From an uncultured Candidatus Saccharibacteria bacterium (lineage in GTDB: Bacteria; Patescibacteriota; WWE3; UBA101185; UBA10185): 64,000 nt of DNA. The stretch's first letter is position 1. Each line of letters opens with the position of its first letter. The stretch covers positions 273,492 to 337,491 of the forward strand of contig CAZXUJ010000001.1 of the NCBI GenBank assembly GCA_964643995.1. Direction: 5' to 3'. Both the position numbers and the translations under genes were made by a program. The notes under the pieces were generated by a model that was not told where the DNA came from, searched no databases, and saw only the letters and a program-made list of their open reading frames with translations. Below are positions 1-9,067 of this stretch, piece after piece.

Positions 1-4
1 ACCT

Positions 5-205
5 TTAAATGTTTTCTTCGACATTTTGTTTCCTTTCGTTGATTGCGGTGTGCATTCTAGCAATTTCCTTCTTTATTTTCTTCAATTTACTAGTATTTTT
101 TTCCTTGTCCTTCATTAATCCTTGGACGAACTGAGCCAATTCATCTTTTTTCTTAGATATATCAAAGTGTAACTCTTCACTTGTTTTTTTTAATAAATCC
201 TTCAT
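5..205 (-). CDS. rpmC: 50S ribosomal protein L29
   Basis: 66-aa Lys/Glu-rich helical protein immediately downstream of rplP in canonical S10-operon order; size and composition fit L29. Confidence 0.75.
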   Translation of the reverse strand: MKDLLKKTSEELHFDISKKKDELAQFVQGLMKDKEKNTSKLKKIKKEIARMHTAINERKQNVEENI

Positions 206-621
206 TATAATTCGTCCTCAGCACTTATAAATTTTGTTTTTAGTGGCAACTTATCCGCAGCTCTTTTAAAAGCAACTCGAGCAATCTCTTCGGTAACACC
301 TGAAATCTCGAAAAGGATTTTACCAGGTTTCACGATTGCTGCATAATGAGAAAGCGGTGATTTACCACTTCCCATTCTAGTTTCAGCTGGTTTTTTTACA
401 ATAGGTTTGTCGGGAAAGATCCTTATCCAAACCTTACCAGTTCTTTTAGTTTGATGTGCAATAGCTTTTCTTGCTGCTTCTAATTGTCTAGAAGTTAATA
501 AACCACGTGAATCAGACTTCAAAGCATAGTCACCAAATGAGATAGAACAACCTCGTGTAGCAATACCCTTGTTACCGCCTCGCATTTTTCTTCTATATTT
601 TGTTCTCTTTGGCATCAACAT
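205..621 (-). CDS. rplP: 50S ribosomal protein L16
   Basis: Translation [15 protein letters not shown]... matches the conserved L16 N-terminus (MLxPKRTKxRK); 138 aa; ATGA overlap with rpmC. Confidence 0.95.
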   Translation of the reverse strand: MLMPKRTKYRRKMRGGNKGIATRGCSISFGDYALKSDSRGLLTSRQLEAARKAIAHQTKRTGKVWIRIFPDKPIVKKPAETRMGSGKSPLSHYAAIVKPGKILFEISGVTEEIARVAFKRAADKLPLKTKFISAEDEL

Positions 622-641
622 AAGCTTTTACCTTCAAAAAA

Positions 642-1274
642 CTAGATTTCTACCTCACCCTTATAAATCCAAACTTTTAAACCAACTATTCCATAAAGCA
701 TCTTACAATCTACCTGAGCGTAATCAATATCTGCACGCAATGTTTGTGTAGGTATTGAACCTGCAACATAATATTCCGAGCGAGCAATTGTATTACCACC
801 ACTCAATAAACCAGCGATTCGAATCTTAATTCCTTTTGCACCCTTATCCATTGCGCTTTGAATTGCTGAGTTAACTACCTTTCTGTACGAAATACGTCTT
901 TTCATCTGTCTATAAATGTAATCAGCAACCAGTTTAGCATTAAGCTCTGGGTTTTTTACTTCCTCAACGGTAAGTTTTACCTTTGAAGATGTAAGTGCGC
1001 GAACCTGCTTTTCCAAATCCTCAACACCTGAACCCCCGCGGCCAATCACTAAACCGGGTTTAGAAACCCTAATGTTGACTTTTACCTCGTTTAGTGATCT
1101 TTCCAAATGTACAGATTCAAGACCCGCAGTACTTAGTTTTTTATCTAAAAAGGCTCGTAAATTATGATCTTCAACAACGAAATTACCAAAACTTTTTTTA
1201 TCAACAAACCATCGCGATTTCCAATCTTTCGAAATACCTAATCTATAGCCATAAGGGTGTATTTTTTGACCCAT
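642..1274 (-). CDS. rpsC: 30S ribosomal protein S3
   Basis: MGQKIHPYGYRLGI... is the conserved S3 N-terminus (KH domain); 210 aa; operon position between L22 and L16. Confidence 0.95.
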   Translation of the reverse strand: MGQKIHPYGYRLGISKDWKSRWFVDKKSFGNFVVEDHNLRAFLDKKLSTAGLESVHLERSLNEVKVNIRVSKPGLVIGRGGSGVEDLEKQVRALTSSKVKLTVEEVKNPELNAKLVADYIYRQMKRRISYRKVVNSAIQSAMDKGAKGIKIRIAGLLSGGNTIARSEYYVAGSIPTQTLRADIDYAQVDCKMLYGIVGLKVWIYKGEVEI

Positions 1275-1282
1275 AACTTAAT

Positions 1283-1639
1283 CTAACTGCTCTTATTAGT
1301 CCTTTCAGATAAACCTACTACTATATGAGCGGTTCTTTTTAAAATTGGACTAAAACGTCCACGAGCAACAATACGTCCTCTTTTGATTGTAGGACCAGCA
1401 TTTACAAAAATTTCAGAAACATACAAATCTTTCTCATTAAGATTTAAATTGTTTCTAGCGTTAGCTACAGCAGAGTTTAAAACCTTGAGTACTATATCAG
1501 AAGCTTTGGTTTTGTTAAATTGCAAAATACTTGATGCCTCGGAAACATTCTTACCACGAACTAAGTTGATAACAGGCGCAACCTTTTTAACTGATGTGCG
1601 AGCTTTCTTGTATTTTGAATAAACTAAAGCATTTTTCAT
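1283..1639 (-). CDS. rplV: 50S ribosomal protein L22
   Basis: 118-aa basic protein between rpsS and rpsC; L22-like size and operon position. Confidence 0.85.
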   Translation of the reverse strand: MKNALVYSKYKKARTSVKKVAPVINLVRGKNVSEASSILQFNKTKASDIVLKVLNSAVANARNNLNLNEKDLYVSEIFVNAGPTIKRGRIVARGRFSPILKRTAHIVVGLSERTNKSS

Positions 1640-1645
1640 ATATCT

Positions 1646-1915
1646 TTATGCAATCTTTTTAGATGAATGTCCTCTAAATGTGCGAGTAGGCGCAAATTCA
1701 CCTAACTTATGACCTACCATCGCCTCAGTAACGTATACTGGTAAGTGTTTTTTTCCGTTATGTACCTCAAAAGTCAAACCAACCATTTCTGGTGTAATCG
1801 TAGAACGACGTGCCCAAGTCTTGATAGCCGACTTTTTTGAAGCCTGTAGCATCTTTGTGACTTTTTCTGATAATTTCTGGTCTACAAATGGACCCTTTTT
1901 TAATGATCTTGCCAT
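1646..1915 (-). CDS. rpsS: 30S ribosomal protein S19
   Basis: [12 protein letters not shown]...[13 protein letters not shown]... carries the conserved S19 signatures; 89 aa. Confidence 0.95.
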   Translation of the reverse strand: MARSLKKGPFVDQKLSEKVTKMLQASKKSAIKTWARRSTITPEMVGLTFEVHNGKKHLPVYVTEAMVGHKLGEFAPTRTFRGHSSKKIA

Positions 1916-1925
1916 ACCCTAATAA

Positions 1926-2753
1926 TTAACTTCTGCGCTTTTTCGCAGTAACTATATACTTATCAGTATATCTTCGACGTCTTGTTTTTGAACCGCGTGC
2001 AGGCTTACCCCAAGGTGTACTTGGATGACCAGTACCATTATCTCTATATGAACCTCCATGTGGATGTTTTGCAGGATTTGAGGTAGCGACACCTCTGATA
2101 TGTGGGCGTCTTCCCGAATGTCTGTTCCTTCCAGCTTTACCAAGTCTAGTTAATCTATGATCAACATTTCCCAAAGTACCAACTGTGGCATAACAATTCT
2201 CAAGGAATTTCTTTACCTCACCACTTGGGAGCTTTATATTAACATATTTTCCTTCTTTTGCCAGTATTGTAGCCTTATTTCCAGCTCCTCTAACTAGCTG
2301 GCCACCCTTTCCAGGATTGATCTCAATGTTATGAATTTCAAAACCAAGAGGTATGTTCTTCAGAGGCAACGTGTTACCAACTACAGGCTCAACATTTTCA
2401 CCAGATACAACAGTCATACCTACCTGTAAGTTTTCGGGTGCCAAAATGTAGCGTTTTTCGCCGTCAGCATAATGCAAGAGCGCTAAGTCAGGGCCTCGAT
2501 TTGGATCATATTCTAAAGCAGCTACTTTTGCGGGGATATCGTACTTAGCTCGCTTAAAATCAACGACGCGATAGTGTTGTTTAGCACCGCGTTCACGAAA
2601 TCTGCTTGAAATACGACCTTTTTGTCTACCAACATGACCAATTAATGGTTTTAACAGCGCTTTTTCGGGACGTTTGCCTTTTGTTAAGTGTTTTCTGACT
2701 AATGTTTTTCGAGTCCTCATTCCGGGACTTGTTGGTTTATATTTTTTAAGCAT
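1926..2753 (-). CDS. rplB: 50S ribosomal protein L2
   Basis: 275 aa; conserved L2 motifs (GRNxxGxITxRHxGGG-like HIRGVATSNPAKHPHGGS) and operon position. Confidence 0.95.
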   Translation of the reverse strand: MLKKYKPTSPGMRTRKTLVRKHLTKGKRPEKALLKPLIGHVGRQKGRISSRFRERGAKQHYRVVDFKRAKYDIPAKVAALEYDPNRGPDLALLHYADGEKRYILAPENLQVGMTVVSGENVEPVVGNTLPLKNIPLGFEIHNIEINPGKGGQLVRGAGNKATILAKEGKYVNIKLPSGEVKKFLENCYATVGTLGNVDHRLTRLGKAGRNRHSGRRPHIRGVATSNPAKHPHGGSYRDNGTGHPSTPWGKPARGSKTRRRRYTDKYIVTAKKRRS

Positions 2754-3046
2754 TATTTGGTTTCCTCAATCAATTTAATCTTTTGGCCCTTTTTAACCGA
2801 AACTATAGCCTTTTTCCATTTGTGGGTCTTTGTGAAATTTGCCGATCTTAATATTCTTTTCTTTTTGCCCGGTACAATAACTGTTCTAACATCGACTACT
2901 TCAACACCAAATAACTTTCCAATCATTTCTTTTATAGAATGTTTAGTAGCTTTAAAACTAACCTTGAAGTGATACTTATCTGATTCCCTTTGCAAGGTGC
3001 TTTTCTCTGTTATTAAAGGTTGTATTATTGTATTGTTTAACTTCAT
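2753..3046 (-). CDS. rplW: 50S ribosomal protein L23
   Basis: 97-aa basic protein between rplD and rplB; ATGA overlap with rplB. Confidence 0.85.
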   Translation of the reverse strand: MKLNNTIIQPLITEKSTLQRESDKYHFKVSFKATKHSIKEMIGKLFGVEVVDVRTVIVPGKKKRILRSANFTKTHKWKKAIVSVKKGQKIKLIEETK

Positions 3047-3732
3047 TACTTCTTTGCAACTTTTGCTTTTTTAGCAACTTTTTTTGTAGTTTTTTCCAAA
3101 ACTTCAGACGCTACATAACGCGCTTCTAAGGATTTTACGGAATCACTCATAAATACTACTTTATTCGCTAACATTACCTCATAAGTATTTAAGTTACTTA
3201 CCAAAGCGGTTGTTACCCCTGTAATATTTTCTGCACTTTTTCTAAGATTCATATCATTTGTGCTGAGAACTATTAATGTTCTTCTATCATAACTGTTGAT
3301 ATTATGTAGTGTTTTCAGCAATTCTTTTGTGTTAGGTTTTTTAAATGAAAGCTCATTGAGTACAAACAAATCCTTTTTTTGCACCTTAATGCTTAAAGCA
3401 GAGGCCAATGCTAATTTTCTCATTTTCTTTGTAAGAGTCTTGCTCCACAATCGTGGCTGAGGCCCATGAGTAACACCACCATGTCTCCATAAAGGACTTC
3501 TGGTAGAACCGTGGCGAGCTCTTCCTAGCCCTTTTTGTTTCCAAGGTTTCTTACCACCTCCAGACACGTCACCTCTTGTTTTAGTCTTTGAAGTTCCTTG
3601 TCTCTGATTGGTTTGATAAACCCTCACATACTGAGTTAGTAATGTTTCATTAGGTACCACACCAAATAAGTCATCGCTTACTTCAAGTGCTTCCAAAACT
3701 TTTCCGTTTTTATCAAATAAATCTAATTTCAT
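3046..3732 (-). CDS. rplD: 50S ribosomal protein L4
   Basis: 228 aa; operon position after L3; Lys-rich C-terminal tail; general L4 pattern (…GGGKKPWKQKGLGRAR…). Confidence 0.9.
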   Translation of the reverse strand: MKLDLFDKNGKVLEALEVSDDLFGVVPNETLLTQYVRVYQTNQRQGTSKTKTRGDVSGGGKKPWKQKGLGRARHGSTRSPLWRHGGVTHGPQPRLWSKTLTKKMRKLALASALSIKVQKKDLFVLNELSFKKPNTKELLKTLHNINSYDRRTLIVLSTNDMNLRKSAENITGVTTALVSNLNTYEVMLANKVVFMSDSVKSLEARYVASEVLEKTTKKVAKKAKVAKK

Positions 3733-3734
3733 AG

Positions 3735-4169
3735 CTAGCTAAGTAATTTTATACAAACCTCCGAGTTACGAGCACCTGGAACTGGACCAGATACCATGAC
3801 CTCTCTTTTAGTAACATCAACATTAACTATCCTCAAATTTTTCAAAGTTACCCTCTTGTTACCCAAGCGCCCTGCCATTTTTTTTCCTTTAAAAACTCTT
3901 CCTGGAGTTTGAGCACCAATAGAGCCAGGCGCCCTAGGTTTATCAGACTGACCTCGTGTAGCCATCTGACCTTTAAAATTCCACTTTTTCATACCGCCAG
4001 CAAAACCCTTACCTTTTGAGGTACCTACCAAAACAATTGAAAGATCTAAAACATCTTCTACAAGTTCATCATCTAGTCTTATAATTGTCACAGGAACAAC
4101 TTTACCCTCAGATGTAAAAATCTGACTCATGTTTAGTTTTTTTCCTTTTATAATTTTTTGTTCTTCCAT
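3735..4169 (-). CDS. rplC: 50S ribosomal protein L3 (compact form, 144 aa)
   Basis: Conserved L3 motifs are present ([39 protein letters not shown]). The ~65-residue central region of canonical ~210-aa L3 is absent. Confidence 0.8.
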   Translation of the reverse strand: MEEQKIIKGKKLNMSQIFTSEGKVVPVTIIRLDDELVEDVLDLSIVLVGTSKGKGFAGGMKKWNFKGQMATRGQSDKPRAPGSIGAQTPGRVFKGKKMAGRLGNKRVTLKNLRIVNVDVTKREVMVSGPVPGARNSEVCIKLLS

Positions 4170-4178
4170 TTTAATCTT

Positions 4179-4202
4179 AAAAAAACCCTCTAAAGAGGGC
4201 GG
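4179..4202 (-). terminator. Rho-independent terminator-like hairpin between rpsJ and rplC (minus-strand RNA: CCCUC-UUUA-GAGGG followed by U7)
   Basis: Seen directly: plus-strand A7 (4179-4185), CCCTC (4186-4190), TAAA, GAGGG (4195-4199). On the minus-strand transcript this is a GC stem followed by a U7 tract. Confidence 0.45.
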
Positions 4203-4266
4203 AATGCTAACAAACGTTCCTCTTTTTTATTTTAAACTCTCGTTATAACTTTCATTTAATTACAAG

Positions 4267-4587
4267 TTACATTTTTATGGAGATGTTTACTCCAGCCGGT
4301 AGGTTCAGATTAGAAAGACTTTCTACAGTAGAGCTTGTAGGATTTACAACCTCAATCAATCTTTTATGTGTTCTCAATTCAAACTGTTCACGAGATCTTT
4401 TGTCAATATGAGGACCCCTGATAACTGTAAAGCGTTCGGTATCGGTAGGCAGAGGAATTGGACCTACAATCCCGGCACCTGTTCTTACAGCAGTATCTAC
4501 TATTTTCTCGCAACTTAAATCGATTATTCTACTATCGTATGATCTGAGTTTTATTCTAATTTTTGTTTCTACTTTTTTTTGTACCAT
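4267..4587 (-). CDS. rpsJ: 30S ribosomal protein S10
   Basis: 106 aa; [10 protein letters not shown]...GPIPLPT... conserved S10 sequence. Confidence 0.95.
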   Translation of the reverse strand: MVQKKVETKIRIKLRSYDSRIIDLSCEKIVDTAVRTGAGIVGPIPLPTDTERFTVIRGPHIDKRSREQFELRTHKRLIEVVNPTSSTVESLSNLNLPAGVNISIKM

Positions 4588-4595
4588 TCACAAAT

Positions 4596-4620
4596 AGAGG
4601 GCGTTCTATGACGCCCCCCA
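4596..4620 (-). terminator. Putative intrinsic terminator downstream of tuf (stem GGGCGU/ACGCCC, loop of 6, then a U-rich stretch)
   Basis: Perfect 6-bp GC-rich inverted repeat at 4599-4604 and 4611-4616; on the minus strand it is followed by UCUAUUUGU. A terminator between tuf and the S10 operon is a common arrangement. Confidence 0.35.
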
Positions 4621-4635
4621 TCAAATTTCAATTAA

Positions 4636-5814
4636 CTATGCCTTAACTTTGGTTATAACACCAGCTCCTACTGTTTTTCCGCCTTCTCTTATAGCAAACT
4701 TAAGACCATCTTCCAAACCTACTGGGGTAATCAACTTAACGCTGATTACGACATCATCACCTGGCATTACCATCTCGGTACCTTCTTTTAAGGTGATTTC
4801 ACCTGTAACGTCTGTTGTTCTTAAATAGAACTGAGGACGATATCCGGAGAAGAATGGTTTTTCACGACCACCCTCATCTTTTGATAGAACGTATATCTGT
4901 GCATCAAACTCTGTGTGAGGTGTAACTGATCCTGGGAGTGCTAATACTTGACCTCTCTCAACATCTTCGCGGGCAATACCTCTTACTAATATACCAACGT
5001 TATCTCCTGCCTGACCCTCTTGCATGGATTTGTTAAACATTTCCACACCGGTGACGACTGTCTTACGTGTATCTTTAATACCAACTATTTCAACTTCTTC
5101 ACCGACTTTGATTCTACCTCTTTCTACTCTACCAGTTACAACGGTACCTCTACCTGATATAGAGAATACATCCTCGATAGGTAGTAAGAATGGTTTATCA
5201 AGGTCCCTTACTGGAGTTGGAATATACTCGTCAACAGCCGCCATGAGCTCTTCTATTTTCTTTGAGTACTCTGGATCACCCTCTAATGCTTTGAGACCAG
5301 AACCTCTGATTATTGGAGTGTTTTCACCATCATAACCATATTTCGTTAAAAGCTCTCTTACCTCAAGTTCTACAAGATCCAACAATTCAGTGTCCTGAAC
5401 CATATCAACCTTATTCAAGAAGACAACAATCTTTGGAACGTTAACCTGTGCTGCTAACAATATATGTTCTCTTGTTTGAGGCATAGGACCATCAGTTGCA
5501 GCTACAACTAAAATAGCACCATCCATCTGAGCGGCACCAGTGATCATGTTTTTGATATAGTCTGCATGACCTGGAGCATCAACATGGGCATAATGTCTTT
5601 TTTCGGTTTCATACTCAACGTGAGTAATGTTAATTGTTATACCGCGAGCCTTCTCTTCTGGAGATTTATCTATTTCGTCAAATTTCTTAAAACTCGCCAT
5701 ACCTTTGTCTGATAAAACTCTAGTAATAGCAGCAGTAAGAGTGGTTTTCCCATGGTCGACGTGACCAATGGTACCAATGTTTACGTGTGGTTTATTTCTT
5801 ACAAATTCTGTCAT
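4636..5814 (-). CDS. tuf: Elongation factor Tu
   Basis: 392 aa; [22 protein letters not shown] motifs; near-universal EF-Tu sequence. Confidence 0.98.
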   Translation of the reverse strand: MTEFVRNKPHVNIGTIGHVDHGKTTLTAAITRVLSDKGMASFKKFDEIDKSPEEKARGITINITHVEYETEKRHYAHVDAPGHADYIKNMITGAAQMDGAILVVAATDGPMPQTREHILLAAQVNVPKIVVFLNKVDMVQDTELLDLVELEVRELLTKYGYDGENTPIIRGSGLKALEGDPEYSKKIEELMAAVDEYIPTPVRDLDKPFLLPIEDVFSISGRGTVVTGRVERGRIKVGEEVEIVGIKDTRKTVVTGVEMFNKSMQEGQAGDNVGILVRGIAREDVERGQVLALPGSVTPHTEFDAQIYVLSKDEGGREKPFFSGYRPQFYLRTTDVTGEITLKEGTEMVMPGDDVVISVKLITPVGLEDGLKFAIREGGKTVGAGVITKVKA

Positions 5815-5859
5815 TTTAAAAATTCCTTAATAAAAATATATATACGCGACCGTGTGACC

Positions 5860-5888
5860 ATTATATAGACAAGTAAGCCTGTTAACAA
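5860..5888 (-). promoter_or_regulatory. Candidate sigma70-type promoter for tuf (-35 TTGTTA, 17-bp spacer, -10 TATAAT on the minus strand)
   Basis: The reverse complement of 5883-5888 is TTGTTA and of 5860-5865 is TATAAT, with 17-nt spacing, about 45 nt upstream of the tuf ATG. Confidence 0.35.
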
Positions 5889-6012
5889 GGTATTACAAGT
5901 TAAAAGACTTGTTAGTCCAGATAATAGTTAGGATGAAACTCACCCCGCATTCTTGCAGAATGTAGTTAAACAGATTATTAAAGGAAAATCAAGTCTTTTC
6001 CACTAATAGTTG

Positions 6013-8097
6013 CTATTTTCTACTTGCAATTTGTTCGGCGACATTGCTAGGCACTTCAGCGTAATGACTTGGTTCCATACTAAAAGAAGCTCTACCTTGT
6101 GTCATACCACGCAGATCAGTTGCATAGCCAAACATTTCAGCTAACGGCACCTTAGCCCTTATAACAACCGCGAGACCTCTAGACTCATTACCTTCGATTT
6201 GGCCTCGTTTCGAGGATAAATTACCAATAACATCCCCCATAAAATCTTCTGGGGTAGTAACCTCAACACTCATGATAGGCTCTAACAGGTATGGATTCGC
6301 AGCACGTTGAGCATTTTTAAAAGCATCTGAAGCGGCAATTTTAAAAGCTATTTCCGAGGAATCAACATCATGGTAAGAACCGTCTAATAAACAAACCTGA
6401 AAATCTACAACAGGATATCCCGCTATAACTCCAGTTTCACATGCTTCCTTTATACCCTTTTCTACTGCCGGAATATACTCCTTTGGTATTGATCCGCCAA
6501 TTATTTTGTCTACAAACTTCATGCCTTCGCCGCGCTCAAGTGGTTCCATAGAGATTATAACGTGACCGTATTGACCACGACCACCTGATTGACGAATGTA
6601 CTTGGTCTCATGAGTGACTTTCTTTTTTATACTTTCTCTGTATGCAACCTGAGGTTTACCAACATTAACTTCAACACCAAATTCGCGCTTCATACGGTCG
6701 ACTATTATTTCCAAATGCAACTCACCCATTCCATAAAGAACTGTCTCACCAGTCTCAGGGTCTGCTTTAAGCTTAAGTGTAGGATCTTCTTCAATAAGTT
6801 TTTTAAGGGCAATACCCATCTTGTCACGATCACCCTTAGTTTTAGGCTCAATCATTAATCCGATAACAGGTTCTGCAAAGGTTATAGATTCCAATACAAA
6901 AGGATTCCCTTCATCACATAAGGTATCTCCAGTAGTAGTATTTGCAAGTCCTACTGCTGCTGCGATTTCTCCTGCACTAACCTCTGTAATTTCTTCTCGA
7001 TGGTTTGCATGCATCAAGAGCACACGACTCAATCTTTCTTTCTCATTCTTTGTGGAATTTAAAACGTATGTGCCAGCATGCACTTTTCCAGAATAAACTC
7101 TGAAATAGGTTAATCTACCAACGTAAGGGTCGGTCTGGATTTTAAAAGCAAGTGCCGAAAATGGTGCAGAATCTGAAGTCTTAAGTGTGATTTTGTCGTC
7201 TGAATCTAGGCTATGCCCAATGATATCTGGTGTATCACTTGGTGATGGTAAATAGTCCACCACAGCATCTAGCATTTTTTGTACACCGATGTTCCCCAAA
7301 GCCGAGCCGCACAATACAGGATACAGCTTCGTCTGAATTGTAAGTTTCCTGATTGCTGTTTTAATTTCAGCTTCAGTAAAACTGTCACCAGAAAAATATC
7401 TTTCCATTAAAGCATCATCTGATTCGGCAATCTTCTCAAGAAGTATGTTTCGATATTCTTTGACTTTATCAAGCATAGACGATGGTATTTCGACCTCATT
7501 AACTTGATTACCCATAGTGCCAACAAACTCATAGGCCTTCATTTGTACAAGGTCTACCAAGGACTTAAATTCATTCTCTATGCCTATAGGCAACTGAATT
7601 GCTATAGCATCACGGGACAATCTGTCTTGGATAGACTTTAGTGACATATAAAAATCTCCACCAACCTTATCTAGTTTATTAACAAAACATAATAGTGGAA
7701 CACCATATTTTTCGGACTGTCGCCAAACCGTTTCACTCTGTGGTTCAACTCCTTGAGAACTGTCAAAAAGTACAGTGCCTCCATCTAAAACTCGCAACGA
7801 TCGCTCAACCTCAGCCGTGAAATCAACGTGACCTGGAGTATCAATTATATTTATCCTACAATCCTGCCAAAAACATGTAGTAGCGGCAGAAGTTATTGTG
7901 ATGCCACGCTCACGCTCTTGAACCATCCAGTCCATTTGGGTAGCACCTTCATGTACTTCACCAATCTTATGAGAACGTCCTGTGTAATAAAGCACCCGCT
8001 CTGTTGTAGTAGTCTTTCCCGCATCAACATGAGCAATAATTCCGATATTTCGGATTTTTTCTAACGGATATTTTTTATTAATTATTTTGTCAGCCAT
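6013..8097 (-). CDS. fusA: Elongation factor G
   Basis: 694 aa; [20 protein letters not shown] and the EF-G domain IV/V signatures. Confidence 0.98.
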   Translation of the reverse strand: MADKIINKKYPLEKIRNIGIIAHVDAGKTTTTERVLYYTGRSHKIGEVHEGATQMDWMVQERERGITITSAATTCFWQDCRINIIDTPGHVDFTAEVERSLRVLDGGTVLFDSSQGVEPQSETVWRQSEKYGVPLLCFVNKLDKVGGDFYMSLKSIQDRLSRDAIAIQLPIGIENEFKSLVDLVQMKAYEFVGTMGNQVNEVEIPSSMLDKVKEYRNILLEKIAESDDALMERYFSGDSFTEAEIKTAIRKLTIQTKLYPVLCGSALGNIGVQKMLDAVVDYLPSPSDTPDIIGHSLDSDDKITLKTSDSAPFSALAFKIQTDPYVGRLTYFRVYSGKVHAGTYVLNSTKNEKERLSRVLLMHANHREEITEVSAGEIAAAVGLANTTTGDTLCDEGNPFVLESITFAEPVIGLMIEPKTKGDRDKMGIALKKLIEEDPTLKLKADPETGETVLYGMGELHLEIIVDRMKREFGVEVNVGKPQVAYRESIKKKVTHETKYIRQSGGRGQYGHVIISMEPLERGEGMKFVDKIIGGSIPKEYIPAVEKGIKEACETGVIAGYPVVDFQVCLLDGSYHDVDSSEIAFKIAASDAFKNAQRAANPYLLEPIMSVEVTTPEDFMGDVIGNLSSKRGQIEGNESRGLAVVIRAKVPLAEMFGYATDLRGMTQGRASFSMEPSHYAEVPSNVAEQIASRK

Positions 8098-8175
8098 AAA
8101 TATTTTTTTCTCTTAGCCTACATAAGATATCAAATGGAAATACTCATGTAAACACAGTATCTAGATTTTAAATGA

Positions 8176-8640
8176 TTAGAATCGGAAGTGTGCAAAGGCT
8201 CTGTTTGCCTCTGCCATTTTGTGAGTTTCTTCTCTCTTCTTAATGGCATTTCCAATACCCTCATTGGCATTCTTAAGCTCTTCAAAAAGTTTATCAACCA
8301 TAGGTTTCCCTTGGCGATTTTGAGCAGAACTGACGATCCAGCGAATAGCTAAAGCCTCAGCTCTATAGTGCTTAACTGGCATAGGAACTTGATAGGTTGC
8401 ACCACCAACTCGTCTAGAGCGAACTTCCTGTTTAGGCATAACAACTTTAACTGCCTCTTCAAATAGTCTAATTGCCTCTTTCTCGTCGTCAGCTAATCTT
8501 GCTATAGCATCCCACACAATGGTTTCAGCTTTTGATTTTTTACCATCACTCATAACAATGTTTATCATTCTAGAAACTACTCTAGATTTATATATTGCAT
8601 CTGGACGTACTATTTTTTTCTTTACCTTTTTAGATCTCAT
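8176..8640 (-). CDS. rpsG: 30S ribosomal protein S7
   Basis: 154 aa; conserved S7 sequence; str-operon position. Confidence 0.95.
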   Translation of the reverse strand: MRSKKVKKKIVRPDAIYKSRVVSRMINIVMSDGKKSKAETIVWDAIARLADDEKEAIRLFEEAVKVVMPKQEVRSRRVGGATYQVPMPVKHYRAEALAIRWIVSSAQNRQGKPMVDKLFEELKNANEGIGNAIKKREETHKMAEANRAFAHFRF

Positions 8641-8646
8641 TTTAGT

Positions 8647-9066
8647 TTATTTGCCTGCTTTCGGTCTTTTTGTACCATATCTAGAACGTGAAGTTTTACG
8701 ACCCTCAACACCTAGTAAGTCAAACTTACCTCTCACTATTGTATATTTGATACCTGGCAAGTCCTTTACTCTACCACCACGAACTAAGACAACAGAATGT
8801 TCTTGTAAAGAATGGCCTTCTCCTGGAATATATGCAGTTACATCTTTTCGATTTGAAAGTCTTACTCTTGCTACTTTACGTAAAGCAGAGTTAGGTTTGC
8901 TGGGTGTTTGAGTTTTTACCTGTAAACACACACCTCGTTTGAAAGGACTGTAGTTTTTCTTGAATCTACGTTCCATTGAGTTGTATATATCTGTCAAAGC
9001 TCTGGTTTTAACCTTTTTAACTTTGTTATGTCTACCTTTTCTGATTAGTTGATTAATTGTTGGCAT
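8647..9066 (-). CDS. rpsL: 30S ribosomal protein S12
   Basis: The conserved S12 start [12 protein letters not shown] lies at the ATG at 9066. The ORF-track extension to 9114 is an upstream alternative-start artefact that overlaps the rpoC stop. Confidence 0.95.
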   Translation of the reverse strand: MPTINQLIRKGRHNKVKKVKTRALTDIYNSMERRFKKNYSPFKRGVCLQVKTQTPSKPNSALRKVARVRLSNRKDVTAYIPGEGHSLQEHSVVLVRGGRVKDLPGIKYTIVRGKFDLLGVEGRKTSRSRYGTKRPKAGK

Positions 9067-9067
9067 A

